Below, piece by piece: positions 35,541-47,760 of a DNA stretch of 64,000 nucleotides (position 1 is the stretch's first letter; the number at the start of each line of letters is the position of its first letter). Source of the stretch: Macrostomum lignano (lineage: Eukaryota). The notes below the pieces were generated by a model. The model saw only the letters and a program-made list of their open reading frames with translations. It was not told where the DNA came from and ran no database searches. The position numbers and the translations under genes were made by a program. The stretch is from the NCBI GenBank assembly GCA_002269645.1, contig NIVC01001147.1, positions 1 through 64,000 on the forward strand, given 5' to 3'.

Positions 35541-37899
35541 CGCGACCGCGAAAAACCGAACTGTTTTTTGAAAGTCTGCCAACAAACTTTATCACAATAG
35601 AAAATGAAAGTCTACCAAATTTTTAATTTTTATTTTGTTGATGATGTAATGTTGAGTAAAACTAAAGAAAAGAGCCGGTGGAATTCAATGACTTATTTAC
35701 TTTGAATTACGGCTTATTTTGTTTTAATGCTCATGATGAAAGAATAAAATACACCGTAAAATTCTTGTCCTGTATAGTTGTTATGTAGATTACGTAATTT
35801 ACTCAATATAGTAGCTCTTGGGAAATAGTAAATCGCAATCGCGTTATTAGTTATTAAGATCAATTTTAAATTACAGCAATTGGCATATATAGCTACTCTA
35901 CGTTAAAACTACATAAAGACGTATTGTAGTTTTATATATAGAATGTACAACCCCACACACTAGTCCTTTATACCTCATTTTTAGTATATACAATTTTAAG
36001 TACATTAGAATTGTTTATGTGACACAGAGTAACTTACCATATTAACTACATTTGGAATTCGTCTCATGAGTTTTCTAAAAGAATCTTCTTTTTCGGATTT
36101 AGTTACTACTTCAATATTTATACTTTCTCGTTTCATGCATTTTTGTAAACATCTCATCCAGTACAATAGCTACTCAGATTTTCCATTTAGTGTCGTATTT
36201 ACGTTAATAAACAGAGCTAAGTCTGGCTTCGTAACTAATATGTACATCTACAATTGACGACTTTTAGTATATTACAAGCTCGTGCGAATTAATTCTTTAG
36301 TATTTTATAGTCGTCCTTTCATCCAACTGTTTGACGAAGTAAAATCAAAAAGAAATTTGTAATGAAATACACGTACTGTATGAACTGAATGAACATCAGC
36401 ATACGATCTACAGCTTTGCAATGGTCGGAATTATAATGACCACAAGGCCAATACGTACTGTATTTCTATTGGATAGTTGCGAAACTAAACGCAAGGTCAT
36501 CCGGCAGTCCCGTAGCCAATCGAGCACATCTATATGTTTGTTCAGATAATGCTATGTATTTGAATCTCCCTCGTTAAGACGTAGACTGAGAAATTTTTCA
36601 AGTCTTAAAAGAGAGTCTTTCCTATCGTAAGTCTGGTCGATTTTGTGAGGCCAAGCAATCGATAGAAATCTGAGAACTGAACTGTTTCTTTAGCTTCTAA
36701 AGTGACTGAATGCTGAAAGTATATAGTTGGAACCCTTGATATGTCACGTGACCTACAACTGCCCCACCCGTCGTCGTGGCCATTTGGCTCGAGTGGCATC
36801 TTATCGATTTGCTTAATGGTGCAGCTTTTGATGACAAGCTGCAGTCTGGGTGAGGCAAATGTTTCCATTCGGCTGCCGAATTTTGTCAACAACTTCAGTG
36901 AGTTTTGAACACCGTATAACAAAATAATTTATACGTAGATGCGTGTGCGTTAATCTAAAGAGTTTCACTGGACATCAATGCATGTAGAAACTTCGCAATC
37001 AATTCATTTTCCCCGATGCAATTTAGCCTTTCAATGCACTGCATCGATCAACATGTCGGTGGTTGTTTGTCCTAGGAATCCCACACTTCCACTTATTACT
37101 GGGTCATTAGCTAGGGCGACCCGTTTGACCTTTCGGGCTATTATGTTGTCCTCCGCCTTTTTTCCTCCGCTGAGCTCACATCATTCTCAATAAGCTAAGC
37201 CCTTAATCCTAGGTCAAGTTGATCGGTATAGTTGCTTCTTAGTACTGTAAGTTCCTTGTTTAGACACTTCTTTCTCGTCTTCATCATCAATGTTTATGGT
37301 CTCGGAGACAATGTAGCCACATGCGCGTATCTACTCAGTCCTGTTTGCTAGATTCTTTTTAACTGCTCTTCTGAAAAAGGCAATTTCTAATTGGATTCAC
37401 TTAATTTTTGCAGTACCTAAACAAGGCACCACCTGGACCACGGGCAACAATATTAAGATGTTTCGCAGCCTAGCCAAAGCCAGATCATTCGCCCTGATAT
37501 TCAGCATCAGATTGCTGCTCCCGAATCACGATGAGACGGTCTCCTTGGCGACTGTTTCTAGTTGCTCAGGGCTCAAGTAAGACATTTATGTTACTCGTAC
37601 TACAGACAGCTGTGATTCCCTATAAATCAAAAGCAACAACCTCACTGCTCGCAACAATACCTTCCACTAATTATTGTTTTGTTTCTGTGCCAGAGCAGAG
37701 GGTCAATTGATGTCACCTTGATTTGGCATGGAGTTTCCGGAGTAAGCATGTAGCTTGGGAGTTTAGTGCGGAACTAACACCCATGCGGACCATGCAATCC
37801 ATCAATATAAAGTACAACATGCTTGCATAACAAAATAGCTAGCTTTTTTCTTCGATAGTTCTGAAAAGGCAGCGGGATGTAAAGAATTTACCATAATAG

Positions 37900-38213
37900 G
37901 CGAATATTGTGTGACTATGCCACAGAGGGCGCTGCACTCGAGAGTATTCACAAGTGTCTGATAACTTGTGCAGTTATTGCGCGGCGCATTTGAAGGCTGC
38001 GTACGGCTGTGCAGTCCAAGGACTGGGGGGTCGCCACACACAGCCTCAATTACCCCAGCTAATGCTGGCACCTATTTTACAGCTGGGTGAACGGAAAGCA
38101 TTGCAGAGTTAAGCGTTATTGCTCAAGGACACAAATTGTTCCGAGTGGGTCGAGAATCGAACCCCTGACCTTCTATTCGTAAGTTCGACGCTCTAACCAC
38201 TAGGCTACAACCC
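37900..38213 (-). mobile_element. tRNA-derived SINE, family B, with a CORE-like central domain
   Basis: Minus head GTAGCCTAGTGGTTAGAGCG...GGGGTTCGATTCTCGACC, then TGTGTCCTTGAGCAATAACGCTTAACTC...TTCACCCAGCTGTAAAATAGG, which resembles the CORE-SINE central segment. The left (3') boundary is approximate. Confidence 0.7.
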
Positions 38214-39068
38214 TTGAACTGTATCTGAATAAAACCAAATAGCGCCAACCTCCACCAAAGGCTGCTGCAACTCCGAATCTCAACGAAGGAACTACAGCTG
38301 CAGTACATTGCGAAACGCTCAGTCAAGACACTGTACACAGAGACAATTTCTTGGAACTCTACTCGCGGGTTCTGGCATCGACTAGGGTTCGAATTCTCTA
38401 AACGCCGACTACGAATAGCTGTTGACTGTCGGATAATTGTTGATCGGCAGCTTCAACAGCCTCTGCGATGGGATCTGTTCAGGTCTAGGTGGGGTCGTCG
38501 GCGAAAGAGACGTTGGAGACACCAGCGACAACATTGTGGATGGATCGCATCGAATGAGCAGCTTAAGGAGGATCGATCTCAGGTTTGTTAATTTCATGAG
38601 TCAGGCTGCGGATGTCATGGCGTCTTATTTTCTAGCTGTGCTGCTGATATCAAGGTGTATTGAGCCGCTAAGGGTCAAGCTAAATCATTGCTACCAAAAG
38701 AGTTTTCACCCGCTCTCATGTTCGAAATTCCTCAGATTGAGCTTCAGAAAGCCGAGCTTGTTATCGGAGCGAATGGGCTTGTGAAGCAATGCACCAACTT
38801 ACAATCCCGTGAGACTTTTTTAAGCGCGTCTTTCTTTCTTTAACTTATTTCGTTGATTAAATAATACCCTTTTAAAAACGTATAACAGGAAAAAATTCTT
38901 ACGACTCGAACTCCGTTTTGATTGGAACCATTCAGCGACTTCAATTAGAGATGAAGAGTGCTCTACAAAGAGTAAGTGCTCAGCCATGTAGAATAAAAAT
39001 TAATGAAATACTTGACGTAATTCATCACAATTAGCTCAAATATATTATTTAATGTAATCGTTTTCCAG

Positions 39069-40093
39069 TTGGCATCTGTCGAGAAGCGGCTGAAGCAGCT
39101 TTTCAAGAGTGTCTCATGGTCTCAGCATTGCACGTACAACGGTAGCCGATTCGATGACGGTCAGACGTGGGACGCTATCGGTTGCCGACAGTGCCGTTGC
39201 TCGGTAAATAATCAGCTCTCGGATGTAGTAACGCATTAACTCAGTAGAGATATAATAATTCCTTAAGCTAACTCCATTGCACTGCCAAACGCCACCAGAG
39301 AGGTCGCATGGCATGCGGTCCAACGATCTGTCCGACGCTCAACTGTTCAAATCCGGCACTGCCAACGGGTTCTTGCTGTCCGATCTGCCTCAGACCGTGT
39401 CAACTTCCCGGCAGTGTCAAAATGCTGGACCACGGTCAGAACTTTACCAGTTTGGCTGAACTTGGGCCCGATGGTCGGCGGCAGTGCGTGGTCTGTCAGT
39501 GTCAGGTAAGCTGACATTTGTCTGGAATCTTTGTCAATTAGTCAGTTTGTTAGGAAAGAAATGGACAAGGTGTGCCTACCTTTCCTAGGGTCGATGATTT
39601 GGATTCGACCCCAAGTCAAATAAGCAGGACGGTATGGGTACTCCATAAAGTATCACTTATTATTTGAAAGTGAGTCGGGATTTTTAGCACTAAATTAGGA
39701 AATAGAGCTCAAAGTACGATGTACTTCGATTAGTTCACGTTTCAATTTTTCAATTTTTCCTTAGGACGGTGCATTGCTGTGCCACGAGCCGGTCGATCAC
39801 TGGCGGCTCTGTCCATCACTGAGCAGTTGCCCGCCAGCCAGACGAAAAGCAAGCAGCTCAGATTGCTGCCCCTACTGCGAAGGTAAGATTTGTACTTTCT
39901 TTACGATTTGCGCTTTATTCGGAATAAAGCCAAAAGGCCGACAAACTCACTTGCTCTATTGGCAGGCCGGAACCACTGCGCTCCTGGTCATGGCTGCTCG
40001 TTGAACGCGGACTGCGTCAACTTGCATAACCGACGGCAGTGCGTTTGTCGTCCTGGTTACCATGGAAACGGGATTAATTGCGTGCCGCTGTGA
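39069..40093 (+). CDS. NELL-like secreted protein, 3' exons (coiled coil, VWC, VWC, EGF); 5' exons unresolved
   Basis: Exons 39069-39203, 39299-39505, 39765-39882, 39966-40093, GT-AG with consistent phases: LASVEKRLKQL...CTYNGSRFDDGQTWDAIGCRQCRCS / RGRMACGPTICPTLNCSNPALPTGSCCPIC... / ...CCPYCE / GRNHCAPGHGCSLNADCVNLHNRRQCVCRPGYHGNGINCVPL*. The domain order equals the NELL1/2 middle region. A possible upstream exon lies at about 37415-37577. Confidence 0.8.
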
Positions 40094-40509
40094 AATTACC
40101 TTAGAGTAACCTTTAGTAACCTTAATAGTTAGTTTTCCCCCAACCCGAGAAAGCCATGTGGCCGTAGCTATACGAGCTAGTATGAGTAATAAACTGTAGA
40201 ATATCTTCTACTCCCGTCTCCCACTGTGCACTCACTGAAATAAGTTTCTTTCACCAAATAAAAGTATTTAGCTGCGCACACGTGTTCTCAGCACAGGTTG
40301 ACTGCCCTTTTTAATGAAAAATTAAACAAGAGACAGCAGCTTGACAAAGCTTTTTAGTCAAAGTGATGCAACTTGTATCACAAATTCGAACCCTTGTTTA
40401 TTTAACTGCTTCTTCCTTTTTAAAAAAAACATCTTTTAAGTAAATGTTAGCTCATTGCTACGTTTTCAACCGATTGCTCCTAGCCGTGCATCCTAAAACT
40501 GGCGATTCT

Positions 40510-41235
40510 TCAGTCGAACGGCGACACGCACTCGCTGATGGCGCCGTCCATGCTGGGCCAACTGCGGTCCCCGTCAATGAGAGCTGGGTACGGGTTTCCA
40601 GCAACGGTGACGCACTCTGTGCCACCGCTATTGTTCGGCTCTCCAGGCGACCAGAATTCAGCGATGCTGGCATTGCAGCCGATCCACATCCATCCAGCGC
40701 TTGGATCCGAGGTGCCAGACAGCCGAAGTCCGCCAAGAAACACTTTGTCCAACTTTCGAGAGGCAAAGACTCCCTTGAGGTGAGCCATCTCCGTCTCATT
40801 GGTCACGTCGGCCATGATGACGAGGCCAGACTCCGAGTCCATCGCACTCCTGAAAGCGTCCCAGTCGGTGGACTTGTTGTGGAACTTGTACTTGGTGCCG
40901 CACAGGTCGTCGGCGTAGCCAGCAGGGCACAGGGCTCCGGGCGGCAGACCCGGTTGCTGCTTCACGAACACCTTTGTTGTACGACTGCAGCTGCAGTCTC
41001 TCACGTTCTTGCTGCACCTGTCAAACATGAACAGCTGGCACGGCCCCGCAGACTTGGAAAACGCCTGACAGCGGGTTCTGTCATCGCAGAGGATGGCGCA
41101 GTCTAAGTCGGACCTGGCCTCGTTGTGAGTCTCGATGAACTCACTCTTCATGCACTGCAGCCCGTTGATTATCGCGTATTCGAAGGCAGCCGCGGTGACT
41201 GCGAAAGAAATGATGATGCCCAGACTAACAAGCAT
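40510..41235 (-). CDS. Secreted PAN/apple plus C-type lectin domain protein, paralogue 1 (241 aa, intronless, EPN motif)
   Basis: ATG at 41233-41235; signal peptide MLVSLGIIISFAVTAAA; PAN-like DCAILCDDRTRCQAFS...CQLF; CTLD VFLGG...WMWIG...WSPGEPNNSGGTECV. Confidence 0.88.
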   Translation of the reverse strand: MLVSLGIIISFAVTAAAFEYAIINGLQCMKSEFIETHNEARSDLDCAILCDDRTRCQAFSKSAGPCQLFMFDRCSKNVRDCSCSRTTKVFVKQQPGLPPGALCPAGYADDLCGTKYKFHNKSTDWDAFRSAMDSESGLVIMADVTNETEMAHLKGVFASRKLDKVFLGGLRLSGTSDPSAGWMWIGCNASIAEFWSPGEPNNSGGTECVTVAGNPYPALIDGDRSWPSMDGAISECVSPFD

Positions 41236-41694
41236 TGTGTCTCTGGCTTTGGTGGCTACTCTGTGCTGTTGGTTGAAGACATTTTGTCTGGTTTTAGCTT
41301 GGTTTTATAGCCTGACATCAACACTGAGTAATCGATTCGGGAATATGGTAGAGTGAGTTGTCTGAAAGTGATGCTACCAGCCAATGTCATCCCGATTGGT
41401 TAGCGATCCCTCGCTCCCTCCAATTTTATTTTCCCTTCGCTAATTTCTGTTTAACACCAGTCTTCGCATTTTTGTCTCCCATGGTTCTATGCATGTTTTC
41501 TTCCCTGCAGGTCTGTCTGTCCTCTCTGTCAATTTTTCATTTTGTAGCAGACCTGCATTAGCCAACCACAAACTTACGTTCAAATTTGCTGGCTTCAACT
41601 GGCTGTTCTTAGTGGAATCCGAATTTTCACTTGTTGTCTCCGTCATTTGAAAATGAAACAGCAATTTTAATAGCAATAAAGGGGTATAGCAGTA

Positions 41695-42215
41695 CAACAA
41701 CAACAACAACAAAGTACTTCACCCGCCAGCCATAGTAGTAGCCAGAAAGGGGGGAGAAGTCAGAGAGCGCGTCTCTGGGCCATAGCCCTCAGAAAGTCAC
41801 ACCCTCAGCTTGGTCCGGGGCGCCAACATAGGTCAAAAGCCTGTCAGGATATCTCGCCGTTCGCCCTTGGCCTCGCCTGCGCGGTCCCTGCAGCTTGAGC
41901 AGCAGCACCTCGTACAGCGGCTCAGGGCAGCGAGCCTCCGACCGGATGACGTGGCCAGCCAGTCGAAGTCGCCGCCTGAGCAGCAGGTCAGAAGGCCGCG
42001 TCAGGCGTGCCCTCATGTAGAGCGCGGCTTGGGCTCGCTGTCTGGACCGCTGCGCACTCCGAACGCCGCACGCAGCATGGCCGCATGCGCAACGTCCAGC
42101 TGCCTCTCTAAAGCGTCTGTCAGGGTCCAGGTCTCGGCGTTGTACAACAAGACAGTCTCAACGACTGCCTGAAACAGCCGAGCCTTGAACCGCGAGGCAA
42201 GCAGTACAAGGATAC
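41695..42215 (-). mobile_element. 5'-truncated RTE-clade non-LTR retrotransposon (end of RT domain plus microsatellite tail)
   Basis: KARLFQAVVETVLLYNAETWTLTDALERQLDVAHAAMLRAAFG, a frameshift, then RRRLRLAGHVIRS...RRRGQGR; a (GTT)n tail at 41695-41712, as is typical for RTE elements. Confidence 0.85.
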
Positions 42216-44040
42216 GCTCTATCATAGACATTGAGCTCATTTTTTGCTGTTAAGCTACACTACACAGTGGTCGGTCGACACCAGACAGCCCTGTCAAATG
42301 ACTGTCAAATATCTGAACATGACTTTATAAAGCAAGCGCATGTGCAAACTGCAACGGCACAAGGCTATTATATCCTGCTTTGAGAGCAGTTGAACGAATT
42401 TACGCACCATAGACTGAGTCAAATTTCGCTGAAGTAAAAAAAATTTACGGCTTTCCGTTGACGAGAAAGCTGTAAGCGGACATTAGCGGACATTAGCGAA
42501 AATTAGCCGTCATTGGCTGGAGGTTAATGCGCTGTTATTTCTACTAAAGACAGCAGCTCGATTAAAATATTTTATGTATCGTTCAAACGGAAAATCGACA
42601 TGTTACCTAAGTTTTCGAAGGTAAAAGAAGTCCTGTCAGGTGATGGTGCATGTGATATCATATTTTTATTCTTCGGTTAAATTAGCTGTTTGATCAACTA
42701 ATGAATGATTTTTAAAAGATCAAATTAGTCTAATAACTATGCTCTCAGTCAGCGCCATTCTTGTGTTTAGGCAGTTTGAAATTCACAGTCTTAGACTTGC
42801 TACGGCAAACTCAGCCTATACCAGTCGGAACTAAAATCATTCACAGACTACAAACCCAAGCTAGTATTGCTCGTAGCTTTTAACCGAATTCAACTTTCAA
42901 ACTGGCCGAATCCACTGCCACTTTCGAGAGAGGTTAAATGTGTCTAATTGTCTAATTACGAGTACATGTGCGCACCGCTTTTTAGTGCAACGGAACCGTC
43001 GCTTTCATAATCGGGCTTTCGTAAGAAGAAGAACCGAACAACAAGGTTGCGTAAAAGATGTCTCTTCAGCTTGTCAGTCATTACACGCGTCGAGGATAGT
43101 AGACATAGACACCATATATGAAACGGAACGCTTGTAATTACGGACTTGTCACTATTACTCACTTGTAGCTTTTAGGTACTTGTAGCTTTGGCAATTTTAT
43201 GAAACGAAAGTAACTTGTGACAAGCACAAGCACTTGTAGCCACTACAAGTCGTATATAAAACACCCCCTGCATGGTGATGCGTTTTTCAGGCTCAGGAAT
43301 GCACTGGCAATACCGCAGCCTCCATTTGTCTTGAAAGGTCGCGCTTTTTTTGGATAGCCAGACTGACAACAGTTGAGTGTGGCTATAGCGCAAATAATGG
43401 AATGCCATTAAACATCGTGTTTACCCTTTTTTAGCTGTTGTTTGCTGGCCGGATTGCTTGAACTAGGGGGAGGGAGGCAGGGCTGTTGTATATTTGATCT
43501 CATTGTCAACACTGAAAGGGTATACTTTTTTGCTCCCATCAATTTGTGTTGGATGCTAGTGCTCGTAGCTAAATTCTGAATTTTTGTGCCCGTTGGCTAC
43601 CATGACCGAGTGTCCGATGGCGCCAGCTACATTTCTTGTCGCAATCTACTGCTTTTGGCCAAAACGGTCTGTTATGAGGATGCATCGGCTAAAACTTATC
43701 AAACTGACTGCGTCCTAAAATGATTGACAGCTCAATGAAGCTCAAGGTCAAGTTCCAAAACCAACAATTTTATATTGAATTCAAAGGGATTCTACTAAAA
43801 GAATAGGTAAAAGACCGAATAGTAAATTATCGATGCAACAAGCGAATTGCAACAATTGCAACAAGCAATTTTAAGCGAAGCTTCGTCCATGTCGCTGTAT
43901 TTCTCTTTGTTCGACCTTTGTCTTTGATTAAAAAAACTTTAATATTGATACAGTTCCAGTGACTAATGGCCGGCACCTTCAATCGTAGTTTGACACAAAT
44001 AATCATTAAAGTTATGATAATAATCATTAACCCGTGCCAA

Positions 44041-44787
44041 TCAGTCAAACGGAGAGCTGCACTGGCCCAGACTGCCAGACATTGTGAAATCGTAGAAATC
44101 CCCGTCTATCATCTTCGAGTACAAGCTGCCAACAACAGTAACGCACTCTGTCCCGCCATTCGGTTCGCCAGAGCTCCACAAGTCGCCTTGGAAAATTCCA
44201 TGACAGCCGGTCCAGAACCAGCCTTCCAATGCGAGCGAGCTGCAGTTAGCTCGGCGACCGCCCAGAAATACTTTCTGCATTAGCGAACTATTCGCATTAA
44301 CTATGCTCTTCAGATGGGCGAGCTCGATTGCGTCGCCCGCCTCGGCCATGACAGTCAGTCCCGGCTCGGCGTTGATTGCAATTCTGCTCTCATTCCAATC
44401 CTTCATTCCATCGTAATACTTGTACTTTGTGCCGCAGTAGTCGTTAGAGTAGCCAGCCGGACACAGAGCTCCGGGCGGCAGTCCCGGCTGTTGCTTGACG
44501 TACACTCGGCCTGTCCGACTGCAGGTGCAGTTTCGCACGTATTTGCTGCACTGGTTGAACACGAACAGCTGGCACGGACCGTCGGCCATGGAGAACGCTT
44601 GACAAAGCGGATTAACGCTGCAGGCCGAGGCGCACTGCAGCCTAGTCCAGGCAAAGCTGCCAGTCTGTACAAAGGCGCTCTGGACGCACAGGTAGCCGTT
44701 GATTCCAGCGTACTGGTTGGTAGCAGCGGTGCAGACAAAAACGACTGCTGCTGCCACCGTGCAGATGCAGCTATAGCAGAATGGCAT
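44041..44787 (-). CDS. Secreted PAN/apple plus C-type lectin domain protein, paralogue 2 (248 aa, intronless, EPN motif)
   Basis: Hydrophobic N-terminus; QCASACSVNPLCQAFS...CQLF; shares VKQQPGLPPGALCPAGY, CGTKYK, GEPN..GTECVTV and the terminal SPFD with paralogue 1. Confidence 0.88.
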   Translation of the reverse strand: MPFCYSCICTVAAAVVFVCTAATNQYAGINGYLCVQSAFVQTGSFAWTRLQCASACSVNPLCQAFSMADGPCQLFVFNQCSKYVRNCTCSRTGRVYVKQQPGLPPGALCPAGYSNDYCGTKYKYYDGMKDWNESRIAINAEPGLTVMAEAGDAIELAHLKSIVNANSSLMQKVFLGGRRANCSSLALEGWFWTGCHGIFQGDLWSSGEPNGGTECVTVVGSLYSKMIDGDFYDFTMSGSLGQCSSPFD

Positions 44788-45449
44788 GACTGAATTTATT
44801 CCCGCAGCTTACGATCAGCTTAATTTTTTGTTGACGATTTGTGGCCGATGCTGTCTTTTATAGATTGGGGCTGATTGCATTCAGATGCGCAAGGGCTCTT
44901 AATTACATTAATTAGGTAAAAAAAACACAAAACTCCAATGTTGACCTCGCCACTGCAACCTACTCAGTGCCCCGATGTCGTTTCCTCGATATAAGTATCC
45001 CAGATGACAACACACGCAATACCACCGCTCTTAACATTGCATTGTTCTTGCTTCGCATTGGAGCACTTTGCGCAGCCACTCCGTAATACTGTTTTTACTC
45101 AAAGCAAACCGTTGCTAAGGTCTTCCTATTGAGAGGTCTTCCTATAATTAGGATTATATTTGATGATTATCCGCACAAATGTATTCTACCAGTATTATTG
45201 TGAATTTCTATAATTGACTCTAAGACTTCAGTATCTGAAGCAAAATCAGCCGCTAAATTTCAAAATAAACAAGCTGCAAACAGTTTGCAAAAGTTCATAA
45301 TGAGTAATATGTAATAAGTAGGATGATATTATATCTGTTTTAGCTCATAATGCTTGTTTTCGTGGCTTTTGTCTTGGCTAATTGGCTTGGCTTTGAAACG
45401 AAGACGCAACCACGCTAACTTGGCGGTTTGGGTTTACGTGCACAAAATG

Positions 45450-46356
45450 TGTAGTGAGTCGCTATTTAGTTAGGCGCCGCACTAGTCAGCTGGTTCCCTC
45501 GCCCTCGCCCCAGGCTTCTGTCTGCCGCTGGGCAGTTGCCTGTCCCTTCCCGCCTGTCCTCTGGCCTGTCCCTTGCCCGTTTGCCTGTCTGTCTGTTTGT
45601 CCTCGTTTGCCCCCTTTTGTCTTGTGCTCCCGTTTTGCAGTGCCCAGACAGCTTGGTCTGGCCTGCCTCTGTTTCGTTCTCTGTTTGGCATCTCCAAATT
45701 TGGAGTGCTGTCCTGTTTTCCGGTTCCAAGGTCACGAGTGCTTTCACTTGTGGGCCTTTTCCCCCCTTGTCATGTGAGCCAGTCACATGACAGGGCCTTC
45801 TTCCTTCTTTAGTCCAAAGTGCAATGATTTCATCATTGTAGGCTGGGCTCGCGTTTATGGGGAGATCACGTGCGCCCGGACCCCTGCCTCCTTTGAGGCA
45901 GAACCCGCTCGCTTGTTGCTAAAATTAGCATCAGAGTCAGAGGTGACTCTCAGCGGGGGTCTTTCCTAAAGTGGTGCAATCGATTCTCCCTATAAATGCA
46001 GCCCCTCTCATCGTTCCTCAGCCCTTCCTCCGAGATTCTCTCAGTTCAAGTCTCTAAGTTTGTGTGCCAAGTTTGAGCCTAAGTTTGACTCTCCAGACTC
46101 CCGACTTTGCGTGTGCCTGCTTCAAATTGTTCCTGCTATCTATTAGTAGCAGGGCAGCTTAGATCGCCCGAAGCTAGCACCATCGCTCTAACCCCGCACT
46201 TGCCCGGCAGGGACTGCTGACTGCGGACGCTTCTACTCGAAGACTGCTAAATCTGCACGAAGTGCTTGACTTTCTCTCTCGTCTTAGTTATTTGCTTCTA
46301 CGAGCTCAGCACCTCACCGAAGGCTGCGACTCTGCGAAGCTGGTGGCAGCACTACC
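45450..46356 (+). mobile_element. Putative solo LTR (about 0.9 kb)
   Basis: Starts TGTAGTG and ends CACTACC (imperfect inverted termini). GC-rich with internal sub-repeats, TATAAAT at 45991 followed by a CT-rich R-like segment, no long ORF. No TSD found. Confidence 0.4.
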
Positions 46357-47760
46357 TACGCTACGAGAACTAGTTTCTAAGAAACCGCCAGCTAGAGGTC
46401 ACCGCCCAGCGCTAGGAGACCTACCATGCCATCTCTAGTCGACATCGAAGAAGCCTGTACTTCATTGGTGGCAGCGATTCTATTGAAGACTTCTAGACAA
46501 CCACAGGCAAGACACCTACACTTCAAATATTTATAGGTATCTCTTTTGTACTTGACGGCCAATCTCAGACATATTAGTAGGAGGGTCCGCAGATCGTACA
46601 TACCAGGTGCATGTGCGTGCTCAGGGTCAGTGAAAGGCAATGTCACAGCTCGCTTTGCGACACTATTGTCACAGCTTCGCTTTGAAAAAATATCGGAGCA
46701 AAATGAAGTCCAGCTTCATTCGTACTCGTCGTTAGGAATTCCAGACAGAAGGTAAGAAAAGCGTCAATTAACGAGTAGCACTCGTACCGGTACATAAAAA
46801 CAGAACCATCTTACACCCTGATTTGGTTGCTTCTCATCTATCCGATGTGCAATCAGCTTTACGCCTTTACGCTCAATCATGCCCAAGTAACTCACAACTA
46901 ACTATAATAACACATAAATAACTCGGCGTTTGTAAATGCTGAAAAAGGTCTCATCTGCCCAGCACCCCCTCTATGGGAATTTCTTGCATTAAAAGTACTG
47001 AATGACTTAATTATACGTGTACACAGGTACTCGTACATATTTAATTGAAATTTTTTGCAAAGAGTTCGATACCTTGGTTTGACCCAATAATTTCCTGGAT
47101 ATTATAGGAAGAACTGCCTTTTCTAATAAGCGATTTAGAACTGTACAGATTTTTGCTGTCCTATGCTGTAAACAGGTATTCATTTTACCCTATAGCTACT
47201 CCTTAGGTTTGCACGCTCGCGTAAAATATCAAGGATAAAAACTTTTGACAGCCTGAATGGGTTTATAGCAGTTTGCTGTGCCCAATCTAGGCGTCGTCGA
47301 AGAAATGCAAATTTATGCTTAGTTGTTTATTATTCTTTTATTGCACTTTTGTACATCTGCATGGAATCTGTCTGTTCATTCTGCAAACGGAACGCAGGTC
47401 AAGGTAAGTATTGTACTCGTGCTTGTACTATGTAGTTTGTGCTTATCATGTTTTAAGTTTTTTTAATCAAGCGTTGGTCTGTTGCGTCCGGCTCTATCCT
47501 GTGTACGCTTGAGAAGAAGATTTCTAACGCCACAAGACTGCATTAGATAAAATGAAATGTACTGAATGGTGTGGGTTTATTATTATACTAACGTTAATTG
47601 CGGTAGACACATTTCTGCGGTCAGTTTTGCTCCGTGTTCTTAATTATAGCCTATTTTTAGTTGTTATTTTAACCATGCGATTAGAACGAAAAGATCTAAA
47701 ACCAAGCTGAGAACTTCTGGCAGACGCAATCTTAAAAAATAAAAGCTAAGGAATACAAGG

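Noticed and set aside
40444-41106. 220-aa + strand ORF (also 44314-44793)
   Set aside because: Antisense shadows of the lectin genes.
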